From the human T2T-CHM13v2.0 reference genome, Homo sapiens, in assembly GCF_009914755.1 (NCBI RefSeq), contig NC_060938.1: a stretch of DNA of 64,000 bases; one strand, written 5' to 3'. Within the stretch, counting starts at the first letter, position 1. Each line of letters begins with the position of its first letter. A model generated the notes under the pieces. It was not told the origin of the DNA and ran no database searches. It was given only the letters and a program-made list of their open reading frames with translations. The position numbers were made by a program, and so were the translations under genes. Below, one piece after another: positions 63,931 to 64,000 of the stretch.

Positions 63931-64000
63931 TTTTTTTTTTTTTTTTTGATTTATTTTACTTTAAGTTCTAGGATACATGTGCAGAACGTACAGGTTTGTT
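63931..64000 (-). mobile_element. L1PA 3' end (poly-A plus 3'UTR), continues past the window
   Basis: T-tract then TACTTTAAGTTCTAGGATACATGTGCAGAACGTACAGGTTTGTT. Confidence 0.85.

Overview
Primate (most likely human) genomic DNA, extremely Alu-dense. The only supported protein-coding sequence is coding exon 1 of SGPP1 (sphingosine-1-phosphate phosphatase 1) on the minus strand (27344->26661), inside a CpG-island promoter. Positions 1-26660 are its intron 1 and positions above ~27.8 kb are upstream intergenic DNA. The upstream region holds an EIF2S2 processed pseudogene fused to a partial Alu inside one target-site duplication, a 3'-truncated SVA, a perfect 29-bp hairpin minisatellite, a 31-nt U6 retrocopy, a 5'-only RAP1B retrocopy, and several solo LTRs (MER50-, LTR8-, MER39-like) and DNA transposon fossils (Ricksha, MER2, MER58, Tigger4). 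Almost all other ORFs in the track are Alu/SVA/L1 translation artefacts. I found no new multi-gene system. The most unusual signals are retrotransposition and repair scars: a chimeric Alu-EIF2S2 retrocopy, and a ~98% identical 163-bp old-Alu segment present twice 37 kb apart, one copy forming a fold-back palindrome. Repeat family names come from my recall of consensus sequences, not from a RepeatMasker run.
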